From the IMG/VR virus record IMGVR_UViG_3300047160_003234, positions 9,472 through 73,471 of that record: 64,000 nt of DNA; one strand, 5' to 3'. The DNA comes from a virus. The notes beneath the pieces were generated by a model. The model saw nothing but the letters and a program-made list of their open reading frames with translations, was not told the DNA's origin and did no database searches. Numbering within the stretch: position 1 is the first letter of the stretch; each line of letters begins with the position of its first letter. Made by a program: the position numbers and the translations under genes. Below are positions 27,685 through 37,736 of this stretch, one piece after another.

Positions 27685-29797
27685 CAGGAACGCCGAGATT
27701 GCCGCCCCATTCGCCACCGAACTTGGATAGTCCCGGTGCGACTGGATTAGTGGCGTTGGCGCGCAGAAAGGCGTTCGTACGATATAGCGCATTCATCATC
27801 CACGGATGTCTGGCGGCGTAGGTCACCGCTCTATTGGCGACCGCCGGATTGGGAGAGACGAGTTGGCGCGCGATCTGCTCCATCACTCTCGCGTTCTGAG
27901 TGGTGCGATATCTATTCATCACTCCTAGAAAAGCGCCCCCTGCGGCGCCCCACGCCATGTTGGCCGCGGTCTGCCCCCAAGTTGCGTTCTCCGGCGTTTT
28001 CTCGAAACCGAGGCCAGCACCCACGAGACCTCCGCTGATAGGAGCGCTAAATCCAGTGGCGATGTCGTGCAGCAGGCCGCCAGATGGCCCGGCCGCCTCT
28101 CTTGCCGCCGCCGTTATCTGCTGCGCGGTGGTCGAATTGCCCATGATCTTGGCGCGGGCCATGTTCATTGCGTCTTCGCGGAGCAGATAAGCATAGATTT
28201 GATTCGCTCGATCAGGCCCTAGCCCCATCGCAAGCTTCTGCCGCATCGCTTCGTTGTTGAACATGTTGACGATGTCGCGCGTGTCGCTCGGAGTCTCCGC
28301 CGCTTGAATGACCTGAGAAGCGAGCCCGCGAGCGAACATCTCCTTCTCGGAGTCGGAGTAGCCGTTCCATTTCGCTTCGATCTTGGGCGCCGCTTTCTTC
28401 GCGCCAAAATAATTCTCGCCGTTCTCTAGCGCGCCCTGAAGACGGAAGACGCGGGCCGCGTTGCCGCGCGCCTGTTCGTATGATGGCATCGCCTGCTCAA
28501 GCTCGTCGATCAGCATATCCTTGATGCCGCCGATGTCGCGGGCGTCATCGAGATTGCCGCTGTTGCGGGCCGCGCTGATCCTGTCGTCGAGAGAACGCTT
28601 GACCTGATCCCAGAATCTCCCGCTGGGCAGTCCCACGAAGTTCCCTTGCGCGTCGGTGCGCGGCGCCCAGCCTGTTGCAGTTTCGACGAAGGGATTCTTC
28701 GGGATCTCGAATCCGTTTTGCACCGCATAATTTGCGGCCTTCTTTTGCGCCTGCCCGATTGCCGATTGAACGTCTGGCGAGCGCATCAGATTGGCGAGCC
28801 CAGCGCTCCAGATGCCGGGGTCGCCTTCGGCAAAGGCCTGCGCGTAAGCGGGATCGTTGATCACCTTCGCAGTCCGCCTGATTCCCATCCGCGTCTCTTC
28901 GGGATCGAGACTGCCGGTGAACATGCCGGAGACAAAGTCGGAGAACCGAGATGCTTGCGACCGATAGCGCTCCATCAAGGGCGTGGCGAGCGTCTCGGCA
29001 GCGGTCGGCGAGATATTGGCGGCTGTCCTCCCCAAAGTACGGAGGTTCTCACCGCCCACATCGATAGGCATCGTCGGCTGACCAGCGGCGCGAGCAGCAG
29101 CCATATCTGTAGGCGTCAGGGTCGGCGTGTCGATGGCTGTCTTTTCGGCAATACGGCGTGCAGCTTCAGTCGCTGGATCGTAGAGGCCCAAAGAACGCCC
29201 AGCCAAGCCAGCCGCCTTGCCAAGCGCTCTGCCTAGCGGCTCGGCCGCCGCGCCGCCGATGCCGCCCAGCCCTGCGCCCAGCGCCGTTGCCGTGGGATCG
29301 AAGCCCGTATCAGCACCGGCATACAGGCCGCCGTAGCCAGCGCCTACCGCGCCGTAACCAAGCAGTGGCGCAATTCTGGCAGCTGATGGAACCGCAGCGG
29401 TTACGCCACGAGAAACCCAGCCTGCGGGACCGGCGAATGGCAATGCTCCCGCCGCGCCTATCGCAGCCCCGGCGTAATAGGGGATCGCCCCAGCTTGCGA
29501 CGACTCGCGAGCGATGCGGGCGCGGTTCTCAGCGTAGCTCGTGCTGGGAGGTTCTGCGCCGAGCGCCCATTTCGGCAGAACTTTTGCCGCAGCAGTCTCT
29601 AGCCCGGCTCCAATCGCATCCGCTCCCGGTATCACTTCCGCGAGCCCGAGGCCGAGAGATCTCCCGAAGCCCGGTCTGTCTCCTCCAGCGCTCTCCGCTC
29701 CCGGCGTCACCCAATCGTCCTTACCGGCGCCGCCGCTAGGAAGAGCTGGAGCGCCGCCGCCGGAACCCGGCGTCACCCAATCGTCAACGGGACTCAT
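27674..29797 (-). CDS. Internal virion / DNA ejection protein
   Basis: 707 aa, Ala/Gly-rich, hydrophobic segments, follows the giant ejection gene. Confidence 0.75.
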   Translation of the reverse strand: MSPVDDWVTPGSGGGAPALPSGGAGKDDWVTPGAESAGGDRPGFGRSLGLGLAEVIPGADAIGAGLETAAAKVLPKWALGAEPPSTSYAENRARIARESSQAGAIPYYAGAAIGAAGALPFAGPAGWVSRGVTAAVPSAARIAPLLGYGAVGAGYGGLYAGADTGFDPTATALGAGLGGIGGAAAEPLGRALGKAAGLAGRSLGLYDPATEAARRIAEKTAIDTPTLTPTDMAAARAAGQPTMPIDVGGENLRTLGRTAANISPTAAETLATPLMERYRSQASRFSDFVSGMFTGSLDPEETRMGIRRTAKVINDPAYAQAFAEGDPGIWSAGLANLMRSPDVQSAIGQAQKKAANYAVQNGFEIPKNPFVETATGWAPRTDAQGNFVGLPSGRFWDQVKRSLDDRISAARNSGNLDDARDIGGIKDMLIDELEQAMPSYEQARGNAARVFRLQGALENGENYFGAKKAAPKIEAKWNGYSDSEKEMFARGLASQVIQAAETPSDTRDIVNMFNNEAMRQKLAMGLGPDRANQIYAYLLREDAMNMARAKIMGNSTTAQQITAAAREAAGPSGGLLHDIATGFSAPISGGLVGAGLGFEKTPENATWGQTAANMAWGAAGGAFLGVMNRYRTTQNARVMEQIARQLVSPNPAVANRAVTYAARHPWMMNALYRTNAFLRANATNPVAPGLSKFGGEWGGNLGVPAMQ

Positions 29798-32700
29798 ATT
29801 GGTTTCCCGCTGGCGTCATAAAGCTTGCCGCTGGGGTCGCGCCATTGGTTGCGGCTGGGGCTATATTGCGAACCAGCCGGGAGATTAGTCGGCTGAGTTG
29901 GAATTGTTCCGGCGCTAACGCCTTTCGGTCGACCCGCCGTTAGATCGGGATTGATGTAAGTGGAATATGGATGGGCCTCATGCCATTCGGCGCGGAAGCG
30001 ATTGGGAGTAAGCGCGCCCGCCCCCTCATTGTCCCGCCACTTCAAAAATGCATTGGAGTAATCAAGCTCCTGTTTGATCCCGGCGCGCAGCCGGTCGATA
30101 AGATACATATTCGCCGCTTCCGGCATATCCGGGCCGGGCACCTGTCGGCCTGCGCCTTGCAATTCCATGTTGCGGACTTGGCCTTTCATCGTCCTGACGA
30201 CGTCGAACGATTCGGCGCTCGCGATCTTGGCCGCTTCAAAGACCCTTGCTGGATCTCCCCAAGGAATGCCCAGCCTTTGCGCGACCGCTTGAGCATTGGC
30301 TAGCGCCTCAGTGCCGGGGCCTGAGTTTAGTCCCTTGAGCAAGGCCTGTGCATCGTTCAGTCTCTCATACGCCGTCTGCAACTGCGGCAGCTTCTCCGCG
30401 ACGTCACCTTCCTCCTCGCTCATGTCTTTCTGAGCGGCCTCGCCATAGGCCCCGGCCCCGCGCTTGGCCTGCTCGGCGCCAGCCTGCTGGCGAATGAGGC
30501 TCGGCGACATGACAATACCGTTCGGCGTCATGATCGTGCCGCTCTTCAGGGCCTCCATCATCTGCGACCGGATCGAGGTCGCGATCCCCGGCTGGGAGAT
30601 GCCCGCGACCTCCAGAGCGTAGGTGCGCTGGAACTGGCGTTCGAGATCCGCATAGGCGGCGTTGAAGGCCGCGTCTCCCGGTGCGGTTGCGCCCGTCCCA
30701 GCGCCTCCCGGTGCGGTTGCCGTCGCAGCCGGGCTCACGCCCCCCGCCGGAGCCGAAGGCGCGCTAGGGCCGCTGGGAGCCCCGCTGGCGGGCATGGGCG
30801 CCCCTTGGCCTCCTTGTGCCGGGGAGGTCGTCGGAGGGGCTCCAGCGGTCACGCCAGCGGCTTCTTTCGCGACGGGCGAGGCAGCAGCGACGCCGGGAAG
30901 CAATCCCTGCTGCTGTAAGACCGCGCGCTTCAGTTGGAGGTTCATCTTCGCCTGTTCCATCGCGAGGTCGAGATTCTCGACTTGGAACGGCAGCTCGGCG
31001 TCTCGGAGTCGCGCTTCCGAGGACAGGTTGTTGATCTGGGCTTGGTTGAGGTTGAACTGGTTCGACAGCTCGCGCGACTTCTGCATGTAGTTGACGCCAG
31101 CCTGCATGCCTTCGCCTATGGCGACACCCTTCCATGGAGAGCGCGAGGCGAGGATGCCTGCGCCCATGGCCATGAGCGTCCCGGGCCAGTCGGTCTGCGG
31201 TCCCGTCTGCTGCGGCTGTTGCTGCTGACCTCTCCCGGGGAGCATGAAATTCGCCTGCGTTTCCTGCCCGCCAGCCACCGGCATATCGGCGATCTTGCTC
31301 CCCTCGCTGCCTCCGCCGATGCCGGTCCACCTATTGTAGCCAAGCTTGTTCATGGTGGTCTGCCACGGTCCCCAGCCGCCAGCCGCCGCCTTGCCTAGCC
31401 CGTAGGTGATCTGGTCGCGCCATGTCGAGGGATCACGGGCGTCGAGCCCCGTCTCGTGGGTGAACTGGTCGCCCATCGCTCCCTGCCCCGTGTAGTGAAG
31501 CTGGAGAGGGCCAAACGATGTCCTGTCGTCGCCGCTATAGGCCCGACCGTAATTGCTCTCGATCCTGACAAAGTTCGACGCGACATCGGGATCGATGCCG
31601 AGGCGCGAAGCCTCTGAGCGAGTCCATCCTTCGACATTCTGCGGTGTCATCGCGTTCGCGACAGCGCTGGCGCCAACTTCAGAATGTGGTCCCGGCCGCG
31701 GCGCGTCGGTCAGGGGCGTGTCAGGGGTGACGTCAGCCGGTGGTGCGCCGCCTTCGGCGAAAGGGCGCCGCGCCGCCCCTCCCCGAGCGAAGAGGCCAGC
31801 GTTCACAAGGTCGGCTTCGCTCAACGTGCCGAAATCGAGGCTGGCATTGGGAATGACATCAGCCCCGATGGCGTTGGCGAGATCGCCATAAGTGGCGTCG
31901 CCTGCCACGCTGACAGGCTGATTTGAAGCCACGGTTCTCGCCTTCGTCATATTGTTTTGGATGTTCTGAAGCTGCTTGGCGTTGTACTCGGGCGAACCGA
32001 TCTGCTGGCTCGGGTCTTGCTGCTGCTGGTGGTTCGCCGGAAAGGTCGGCTTGTCGTGGCTCGGGGGCATCGACGACTCGATCGCCGCCCCCAGAATGCC
32101 GAGGTTGCCGTACGGATCTTGCGGAGCGCCGCCGCCTTGGAAGCCGTGCCTGTCGCCGAAGAGGCTGGCGAAGGACGGCGTATTCTGGCCCCATGAGGAC
32201 GGCATCGAGCCGCCGTCGCCGCCGACGCTGGTTGAGTTCATCGCCCCGGTAAGCGGCGCCTGCCCGAGGACGCCGCCCGAGGCGCGGCCGATGCGTCCTC
32301 CGCGCGCCATCGGGCCTTGGTCGCCATGCATGAGGGCGTCGATGTCAGTCTGCGAGTAAGGCGAACGGTAGTCGGGCGCGAGCGCCCCGCCTTCGCCCTC
32401 CCATGCGCCAAGGCCCGAGGTGTCATCGCCAAGATTGATCACCCCATGATGGGGCCAGTATTCGGGCGGCAATTCCCCGGTCTCGGCTGGGGTCGACTGG
32501 AGGAGTCCTCTCGCCGTAGTCAGCGCCCGGCCAGCGGGCGTCATCCGAAGAAGAGTCCCCAAGCCGAAACTGCTCGGCGCGCGAGAAGCGTTAGGCAAGG
32601 CGTCGAGATATTCCGGTTGGCCGGTCGTGGGGTTTTGATAGGCTGTCGCCGGAAGGCCGCTGGGATCGCGCGCGCCCCAAGGGCCGAACCCTGGCCGCAG

Positions 32701-35700
32701 CCCCGGTCGCAAAGTGTCGGGATCGACGGGCTCGCCTGCCTGATTGGTAATGCGCCATTTCCCCATCGGCCGCGGCAAAGGGCCTGCCGCGGGGGCGGTA
32801 TCCACTGGCGTTCCAGGGATGGCCGAGCTTAACGGATCGTAGCGCACGGGCGCTTCGGCCCTTGGCATGGGACGCGCTGTGGGCATAGGCGGCGCAGGAC
32901 GGCGAGGCGGCATGGGCACATGACGGGCCGCCGGATGCTCCAGCGGGACTGGAGGCCCCTGTGGGCTGACAGGCGGATGGTAAGCCGCCGCTCGGGCGTT
33001 GCCGCTCATCGGCGTGTAGTAACTGAAGCGCGGATCGTCGAGCATCGGCGTTCCGCCATCTTGGAAGCCCGGCCGCACATAGCCGCCTCCGGCGAAGAGC
33101 CCGGCTTCAGGACGCACTGGGCTGAGATCGGTATCGATCAGCGGCTCCTGCGGTCCCATTCCCGGCGCAGAGCGGAAGCGGCCTTCTCCCGGCGAGGCGA
33201 AGTCCGGGGAGAAATCTCCGTAATCAGGAACCGTGGTCACCGGAGGTTGAAAGCGCGCGCGCGCTTCAGGGTCCATCGGCCCGGTCGCGGTGGGCTGGCT
33301 CCTCGCCATGATCTCCGGGTCCATAGGTCCCGTCGGCTGGAACTGGCTGCGCGCGTGGGGGCCGACGCCATGTCTCTGTCGCATGATGCGACGCGCCATC
33401 GTCACCGCCGGGTGCTCGACCGGCGCTGGCGCTTGACCGCCGCCGCCTCCAAAAAGGCGCGAGAGATCGAGGGCGGTGTAGGCTGGGCCGCCCATGTAAT
33501 TGACGGTGGTGAACGGCGCTCCCCCGCCCTGATAGCCGGGACGACGCATGACAGTCCCTCCTTCCGCTCTTCCGGCCGTTGGGCTCCCGGGGAGATTCCC
33601 CGGAAAGAGCCCGAAGGTTATCATATTCATGACATCCCACGGGTCCATCCGGTTCCCGCCGCCAAGAGCACCGAGGCCGCCTCCGCTCGCCGGGGCAGGG
33701 CTCGCTGCGGGAGCCGGGGCAGGCGCAGGAGCTGGGGCCGGGAATGCCGAGGCCGCCTGCCCGCCGGGCATGGTGCTCGTTCCCGTCTCTGCCTGCCCTG
33801 ACCCGAACAGACCTTTAAGCGAGGCCTCCGCGGCCGAGGTCTGGGGATCGTTGATCGGGTTCTGCCAGTCGATCGTACGAAGGGCTGGCGGAGACATGCC
33901 ATAGGTCGGATCGAAGGTCTGTCCCGCCCCGGGCAGATTGCCGCTCTGGGCGAGCGTCGTTCCGAAGCCGCCGACGCCGCTGCTTCCTCCCGTTCCGCCA
34001 GCTCCCGCAGCCCCGGTATAGGCTTGGAAGAGCGCGTTGGCGGGGCTTGTGCTCGCTGGCGTGTCGGGGTTCTCGATGGCGTTGATGATGGAGGGGTCGA
34101 CGTAGGGCTCGCTCAAGTAGCCGCCCGTCGCTCGCCCGATCCGGCCGCCGTGGGCATGGCCTCCATGGCCGACGTAAGGCGCTGCCGTTGAGGGAAGGTC
34201 GCGCCCCATGAGCATTGCCGTTTCGACGTTGGTGTTCGGGGCGGTCGGAACATTTCCTAAGCTTTCCGGCGACACTCCAAAGAAACTGGCGATCCCCATC
34301 GGCCCAGCGACCGCCGTGGGGCCTGTCGCGGGAGAAGGCGCCTGCGCGGCCGCTCTCGGCGAGACCAGCGAATTCGGCTGGCCGAACTGGGCCTCGATCG
34401 AAGGATCGAGCGCGAGTGGCCCGAATGGGTTTGTCGGCGAAGTCGCCACCTGTCCGCCGGGAACGTCACCCAGCGTGCCGGGCGTCGCGCCTTTGTTGCC
34501 GAAATAGCCGGGAAGGCCCTGCGGCGTTCCTCTAGTCGTGCCGATGGTCGTGCCGATGGTCGAGCCGGGGCCGAGGCCGCCCATGACCTGTCCGAAAGTT
34601 GGCGCGCTGGCGAACGGCAAGCCGTAGAAGGCGGCCGGGCCCAAATTGGCGAGGGTCTTATTTTGGAGCGCCGCAAGAGCAGCAGATTCCCCCTGTGAAT
34701 TTAAGGTGACAGGAGCGCCGTAATCCCCGGTTCCGCCTGCGCGCAAGGTTGATTTATTGGCTTGGCCGGTAAAGCCGCCCGGGGGGCCGCCGGGAGTCCC
34801 CGGCGCGGAAGTCGCCGATGGCCCTTCGGCCGCGTTCGCGGTGCCGACAAAGCCCCCAAGCCCGCCAAAACCCCATCCAGAATTACCCGATGGTCCCGGC
34901 GCTTGGGCTGTTGCTGTCGAAGCAGGGCCGCCTTCATCACCCGTCGCCGCGGCGTCGCTGCCGATCCCGCCAACATGCCCGAAAGAGGTCGGTCCCACCG
35001 CCGATACGCTAGCCCCGCTCAAGCCAAAGCCGCTGGAATCGCCGCCCTCGCCGTCGCCGCCCTCGCCGTCGCCGCTAGCATCGCCGCCGTTGAAAAACCC
35101 GATGCGCCCGCCGAAGGCGGCCCGTCCCGGGGTCGGTGTCGTGCCAGCCTCAAGTCCGCCTGTCGGCGTCATCATCGAGGCGTAGCGGGCGTAGGGGCTC
35201 ATGCCCACCGCGGCGGTGCCGACGCCCAAGTTCCGCATCGCCATCTGCGCCGGGTTCTGGGGAAGCTGGAAACGGTTGGCGCTCGGCGGCTGCATCCTCG
35301 CAGCGTTGCCCGCGAGAGCCATCCCGCCCGGGACCACGCCCGGGTTCGGCATCGGCGCAGGCGCCCCGCCCATCTGGAAGTGGCCGCGGCCCGCCGCCTC
35401 GTCGGTCGCCGCGCCGTAGTCGAGCTTCTTCAGATCGCCGAGACCGGATGGGTGGACCGCCTCTGGGTGTCTCCCTTCGGTCTCCTGCGCGAGAAGCCCG
35501 ATCTGGATGCGCGGATCACCCCGATAGTTGAAGCGGTGAATGGTCTGGCCGTCGTAGGTCTGGCCGATGGGCTCGATATTCTCCTTTGTCCTGACGTCGG
35601 AGAAGGGCAGCGCCGACATCAGGGCGCTGCCTATGCCCCCGGCGACTGACGACGAGGGCGCGCTGAGAAAGTTTCCGAGGAGGCCTAACCCGCTCAGCCC

Positions 35701-36573
35701 GTAGCCCAGCGTCTGCGCTCCGGCGTTCGGGCCCGGCGTCGAGGTGGTCGAGATGCCGCCCTGCGGAGCGCCCAGCCCCTCGATCGCGTTAGTCAGAAAA
35801 CCCGTCGTCTGGAAGGGGTAGGCCTGACCCTGTTGGTATTGTTGCTGGAGGTAGGTGTCGATCGCCTGCTGCTCGCCCTGCGGGATCATGCCCGCCTGAA
35901 TGTCCGCCTGCGCCCCTTGCAGGCCCGCGCCCTGCGCTCCCGTCCCGAGCATGCCCATCTGGGCGCCCATGCCCCCAAGGGCGGCGCGGTTCGCCTGCCC
36001 CGCCCCGAGGTCGACGCCCTGCTGCTGCTGCCACGTCGCCAGAGCATTATTGAAATTCGCCTGATTGAGCTGCGCGATCGTCGGGGCTTCCGCGAGGTTC
36101 TGCTGGTTCGCAAGGACCGCCTGCCCGATGCCAGCCCGGTCGCCGCCGAAGGCGCCCGAGGAGATGTTAGCGGAGTTTAAGAACTGGGCCTGCTGCTGGT
36201 TTTGGTTGTTCATCTCCGCTTGAGTCGTGTTCACGACGTCCTGCGTGAATGGGTTCATGAACGGGTCAAGCGAACTTTGCCCTTGAAATTGCTGTGGATT
36301 GACCGGCGCCGCGCCCTGCTGGGTGTAGTTCTGCGCGGTCGAGTACCAAGGCTGGGCGCTCTGCCCGTACTGGCTGATCTGCCCGAGCCCGGCCAGCGTC
36401 TGGCTTGCGAGAGGCGCGACGCCCTCGCCCTGATAGGGTTGCCACGGCGTGTTGGCGGTATTCGCGGCGCGCGCGATGCCCGCGTTATAGTTGGCGAGAA
36501 CGCTGGGGGGCGGCGACGATTGCGACGTCACCGTCTGAGGCTGGGTCGATGACCCGCCGCCACTGCAACACAT
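29794..36573 (-). CDS. Giant internal virion/ejection polyprotein with internal Peptidase_S74-like and lysozyme/SLT-like domains
   Basis: N-terminal FMNPFTQDVV...GAFGGDR DNA-transfer-like region; FSDVRTKENI...IGLLAQE; LGIDPDVASNFVRIES...SFGPLQL. Confidence 0.85.
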   Translation of the reverse strand: MCCSGGGSSTQPQTVTSQSSPPPSVLANYNAGIARAANTANTPWQPYQGEGVAPLASQTLAGLGQISQYGQSAQPWYSTAQNYTQQGAAPVNPQQFQGQSSLDPFMNPFTQDVVNTTQAEMNNQNQQQAQFLNSANISSGAFGGDRAGIGQAVLANQQNLAEAPTIAQLNQANFNNALATWQQQQGVDLGAGQANRAALGGMGAQMGMLGTGAQGAGLQGAQADIQAGMIPQGEQQAIDTYLQQQYQQGQAYPFQTTGFLTNAIEGLGAPQGGISTTSTPGPNAGAQTLGYGLSGLGLLGNFLSAPSSSVAGGIGSALMSALPFSDVRTKENIEPIGQTYDGQTIHRFNYRGDPRIQIGLLAQETEGRHPEAVHPSGLGDLKKLDYGAATDEAAGRGHFQMGGAPAPMPNPGVVPGGMALAGNAARMQPPSANRFQLPQNPAQMAMRNLGVGTAAVGMSPYARYASMMTPTGGLEAGTTPTPGRAAFGGRIGFFNGGDASGDGEGGDGEGGDSSGFGLSGASVSAVGPTSFGHVGGIGSDAAATGDEGGPASTATAQAPGPSGNSGWGFGGLGGFVGTANAAEGPSATSAPGTPGGPPGGFTGQANKSTLRAGGTGDYGAPVTLNSQGESAALAALQNKTLANLGPAAFYGLPFASAPTFGQVMGGLGPGSTIGTTIGTTRGTPQGLPGYFGNKGATPGTLGDVPGGQVATSPTNPFGPLALDPSIEAQFGQPNSLVSPRAAAQAPSPATGPTAVAGPMGIASFFGVSPESLGNVPTAPNTNVETAMLMGRDLPSTAAPYVGHGGHAHGGRIGRATGGYLSEPYVDPSIINAIENPDTPASTSPANALFQAYTGAAGAGGTGGSSGVGGFGTTLAQSGNLPGAGQTFDPTYGMSPPALRTIDWQNPINDPQTSAAEASLKGLFGSGQAETGTSTMPGGQAASAFPAPAPAPAPAPAASPAPASGGGLGALGGGNRMDPWDVMNMITFGLFPGNLPGSPTAGRAEGGTVMRRPGYQGGGAPFTTVNYMGGPAYTALDLSRLFGGGGGQAPAPVEHPAVTMARRIMRQRHGVGPHARSQFQPTGPMDPEIMARSQPTATGPMDPEARARFQPPVTTVPDYGDFSPDFASPGEGRFRSAPGMGPQEPLIDTDLSPVRPEAGLFAGGGYVRPGFQDGGTPMLDDPRFSYYTPMSGNARAAAYHPPVSPQGPPVPLEHPAARHVPMPPRRPAPPMPTARPMPRAEAPVRYDPLSSAIPGTPVDTAPAAGPLPRPMGKWRITNQAGEPVDPDTLRPGLRPGFGPWGARDPSGLPATAYQNPTTGQPEYLDALPNASRAPSSFGLGTLLRMTPAGRALTTARGLLQSTPAETGELPPEYWPHHGVINLGDDTSGLGAWEGEGGALAPDYRSPYSQTDIDALMHGDQGPMARGGRIGRASGGVLGQAPLTGAMNSTSVGGDGGSMPSSWGQNTPSFASLFGDRHGFQGGGAPQDPYGNLGILGAAIESSMPPSHDKPTFPANHQQQQDPSQQIGSPEYNAKQLQNIQNNMTKARTVASNQPVSVAGDATYGDLANAIGADVIPNASLDFGTLSEADLVNAGLFARGGAARRPFAEGGAPPADVTPDTPLTDAPRPGPHSEVGASAVANAMTPQNVEGWTRSEASRLGIDPDVASNFVRIESNYGRAYSGDDRTSFGPLQLHYTGQGAMGDQFTHETGLDARDPSTWRDQITYGLGKAAAGGWGPWQTTMNKLGYNRWTGIGGGSEGSKIADMPVAGGQETQANFMLPGRGQQQQPQQTGPQTDWPGTLMAMGAGILASRSPWKGVAIGEGMQAGVNYMQKSRELSNQFNLNQAQINNLSSEARLRDAELPFQVENLDLAMEQAKMNLQLKRAVLQQQGLLPGVAAASPVAKEAAGVTAGAPPTTSPAQGGQGAPMPASGAPSGPSAPSAPAGGVSPAATATAPGGAGTGATAPGDAAFNAAYADLERQFQRTYALEVAGISQPGIATSIRSQMMEALKSGTIMTPNGIVMSPSLIRQQAGAEQAKRGAGAYGEAAQKDMSEEEGDVAEKLPQLQTAYERLNDAQALLKGLNSGPGTEALANAQAVAQRLGIPWGDPARVFEAAKIASAESFDVVRTMKGQVRNMELQGAGRQVPGPDMPEAANMYLIDRLRAGIKQELDYSNAFLKWRDNEGAGALTPNRFRAEWHEAHPYSTYINPDLTAGRPKGVSAGTIPTQPTNLPAGSQYSPSRNQWRDPSGKLYDASGKPI

Positions 36574-36576
36574 GGC

Positions 36577-37203
36577 TTATTCCGCCGCAGTTGCGGGCGA
36601 CGCGCGGTCGGCGCCCTGACGCTCCATCTCTGGCCGATAAAGGAAAAAGCCGCCAACCCACGGCAGCATTCGCCTGTAAAGTTTCATCTTAGCTTCAGTC
36701 CGCTTGTCGGTCGAGACGCCGACAAAGAGGGGAAGCTTGGTTTCTCGCGACAGCTTCTTGGCGTAGGCGATCAGGTCTTTGGCGTAGGTCGACCGGCGCG
36801 CGTCAGGCCGAACGTAATTGACGAATTCCATCAACACGAACTGCTCAGAGTACCAGACCGGCTCCATGAGCAGGAACAGGATCGCCTTGAGATTGTGGGG
36901 CTCGCCGATGACGGCGATGATCCCGCGCTCGCGCGTGATCGCCAGCCTAACCAATGCCGCCACCTTCGGCATCGAGATCGGATAGAATCCGATTTCGGCG
37001 TGCGCCATCTGGCACAGCTCAAGGACGCCGATCTCGTCGCGGGCGTCGGCGAGGCGCGGCTGGACGAACGGTTGCCACTCCCGCATGCCGTGAAAGCGGG
37101 AGAACGGCTCCTTGGGCTTGAGCGGCGGATCATCCGAAGGCGGCGGGGAAGGCCGCGGCGGGGGCGGCGCAGGCTCGCCTCTGATGGGATCGCCGTTGGT
37201 CAT
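36577..37203 (-). CDS. GNAT-like acetyltransferase preceding the ejection genes
   Basis: NYVRPDARRSTYAKDLIAYAK; usual podovirus position. Confidence 0.65.
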   Translation of the reverse strand: MTNGDPIRGEPAPPPPRPSPPPSDDPPLKPKEPFSRFHGMREWQPFVQPRLADARDEIGVLELCQMAHAEIGFYPISMPKVAALVRLAITRERGIIAVIGEPHNLKAILFLLMEPVWYSEQFVLMEFVNYVRPDARRSTYAKDLIAYAKKLSRETKLPLFVGVSTDKRTEAKMKLYRRMLPWVGGFFLYRPEMERQGADRASPATAAE

Positions 37204-37736
37204 GATGCTCTCGCAAATTCGCCAAAGACGGCTTGCATCGCTGTCTTATAGGCGGCGTGAGCTTTGGCGGGGTCTTCAAAAACACCGAGCGAGACCTTCT
37301 TACCATCGATTCCAATGCGAGCACGCCACTTATTTCCATGGCGGGTCACACCTTTGAAGCCGCTAGTATTATTGCGATATTCACCCTTGTTCTGATTGTT
37401 TCTTGTTCTGCTAGCAAGGCGCAAATTGTCCCAGCGGTTGTTGGTATTGTTGCCATCCCGATGGTCAATCTCGTTGGGAGGTGGCTTACCGTTCATTATT
37501 TGCCACACTATCCGCGATAATACAAAGTGTTGTTTGTTTATAATGATATAATGTCCAGACCTTCCGATAGGCGTTGTTGTACCAGCGCGCTTACCCGCAT
37601 ATTTTGCGTTCCATGCGAGTGCAACTCTTGTACTGATAAAATCTTCCACTGGGCGTGTCTGCCACGTCAAATTGCCGGTATCTGGGCTATACTCCAGCAT
37701 GCGCCGCAGTGTTTCTGTGTCAATATGTGGCATCAC
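37200..37736 (-). CDS. HNH-AP2 homing endonuclease
   Basis: IDHRDGNNTNNRWDNLRLAS, NNTSGFKGV. Confidence 0.92.
   Translation of the reverse strand: MMPHIDTETLRRMLEYSPDTGNLTWQTRPVEDFISTRVALAWNAKYAGKRAGTTTPIGRSGHYIIINKQHFVLSRIVWQIMNGKPPPNEIDHRDGNNTNNRWDNLRLASRTRNNQNKGEYRNNTSGFKGVTRHGNKWRARIGIDGKKVSLGVFEDPAKAHAAYKTAMQAVFGEFARAS

Noticed and set aside
35040-35076. 15-bp tandem repeat
   Set aside because: Encodes a GDGEG low-complexity repeat; no spacers, not CRISPR
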